DNA of 51,400 nucleotides, filler included, from Catajapyx aquilonaris (Eukaryota): assembly GCA_000934665.2 (NCBI GenBank). It is 3 parts of 3 records of this genome, joined end to end, with 100 filler letters (N's around TTAATTAATTAA, not from the genome) between each part and the next. Parts side by side here need not be neighbours in the genome. Positions count along the whole stretch, not along the records: positions 34,337 to 51,400 come from JYFJ02007042.1; 2 more parts are not named here. One strand, written 5' to 3'. The position numbers were made by a program, and so were the translations under genes. Every line of letters begins with the position of its first letter. Within the stretch, counting starts at the first letter, position 1. The notes beneath the pieces are model-generated. The model was not told the origin of the DNA, searched no databases, and saw only the letters and a list, made by a program, of their open reading frames with translations. Below are positions 51,398 to 51,400 of this stretch, in pieces.

Positions 51398-51400
51398 GTG

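Overview
Eukaryotic, AT-rich, repeat-dense genomic scaffold, probably from an arthropod judging by the SINE/MITE style (inference). I can support no intact protein-coding gene, tRNA or rRNA; the six-frame ORFs are mostly chance or antisense ORFs. The window has three parts joined by artificial N44-TTAATTAATTAA-N43 linkers. (1) ~0.7-17.07 kb is a block of decayed, co-oriented (minus-strand) protein-like reading frames. They fall into several internally duplicated families (A-E, including a PRLxCxSCPTG motif) that recur in the same order. I cannot name the proteins, but the block looks like a relic of a tandemly integrated virus-like element or a unidirectional TE/EVE graveyard. It carries a NeSL/Utopia-type (RLE) non-LTR retrotransposon fragment that is itself split by a palindromic TA-MITE. 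(2) 17.2-34.2 kb holds tRNA-derived SINEs, several MITEs, a CpG-depleted island with a possible decayed C2H2 zinc-finger exon, and a 1.9-kb non-autonomous piggyBac-type element with nested repeats. (3) 34.3-51.4 kb is intergenic or intronic DNA with MITEs, a Helitron-like 3' end, long near-perfect palindromes and an NRF-1/ETS motif pair. No database searches were possible; all assignments come from manual translation and motif recall.
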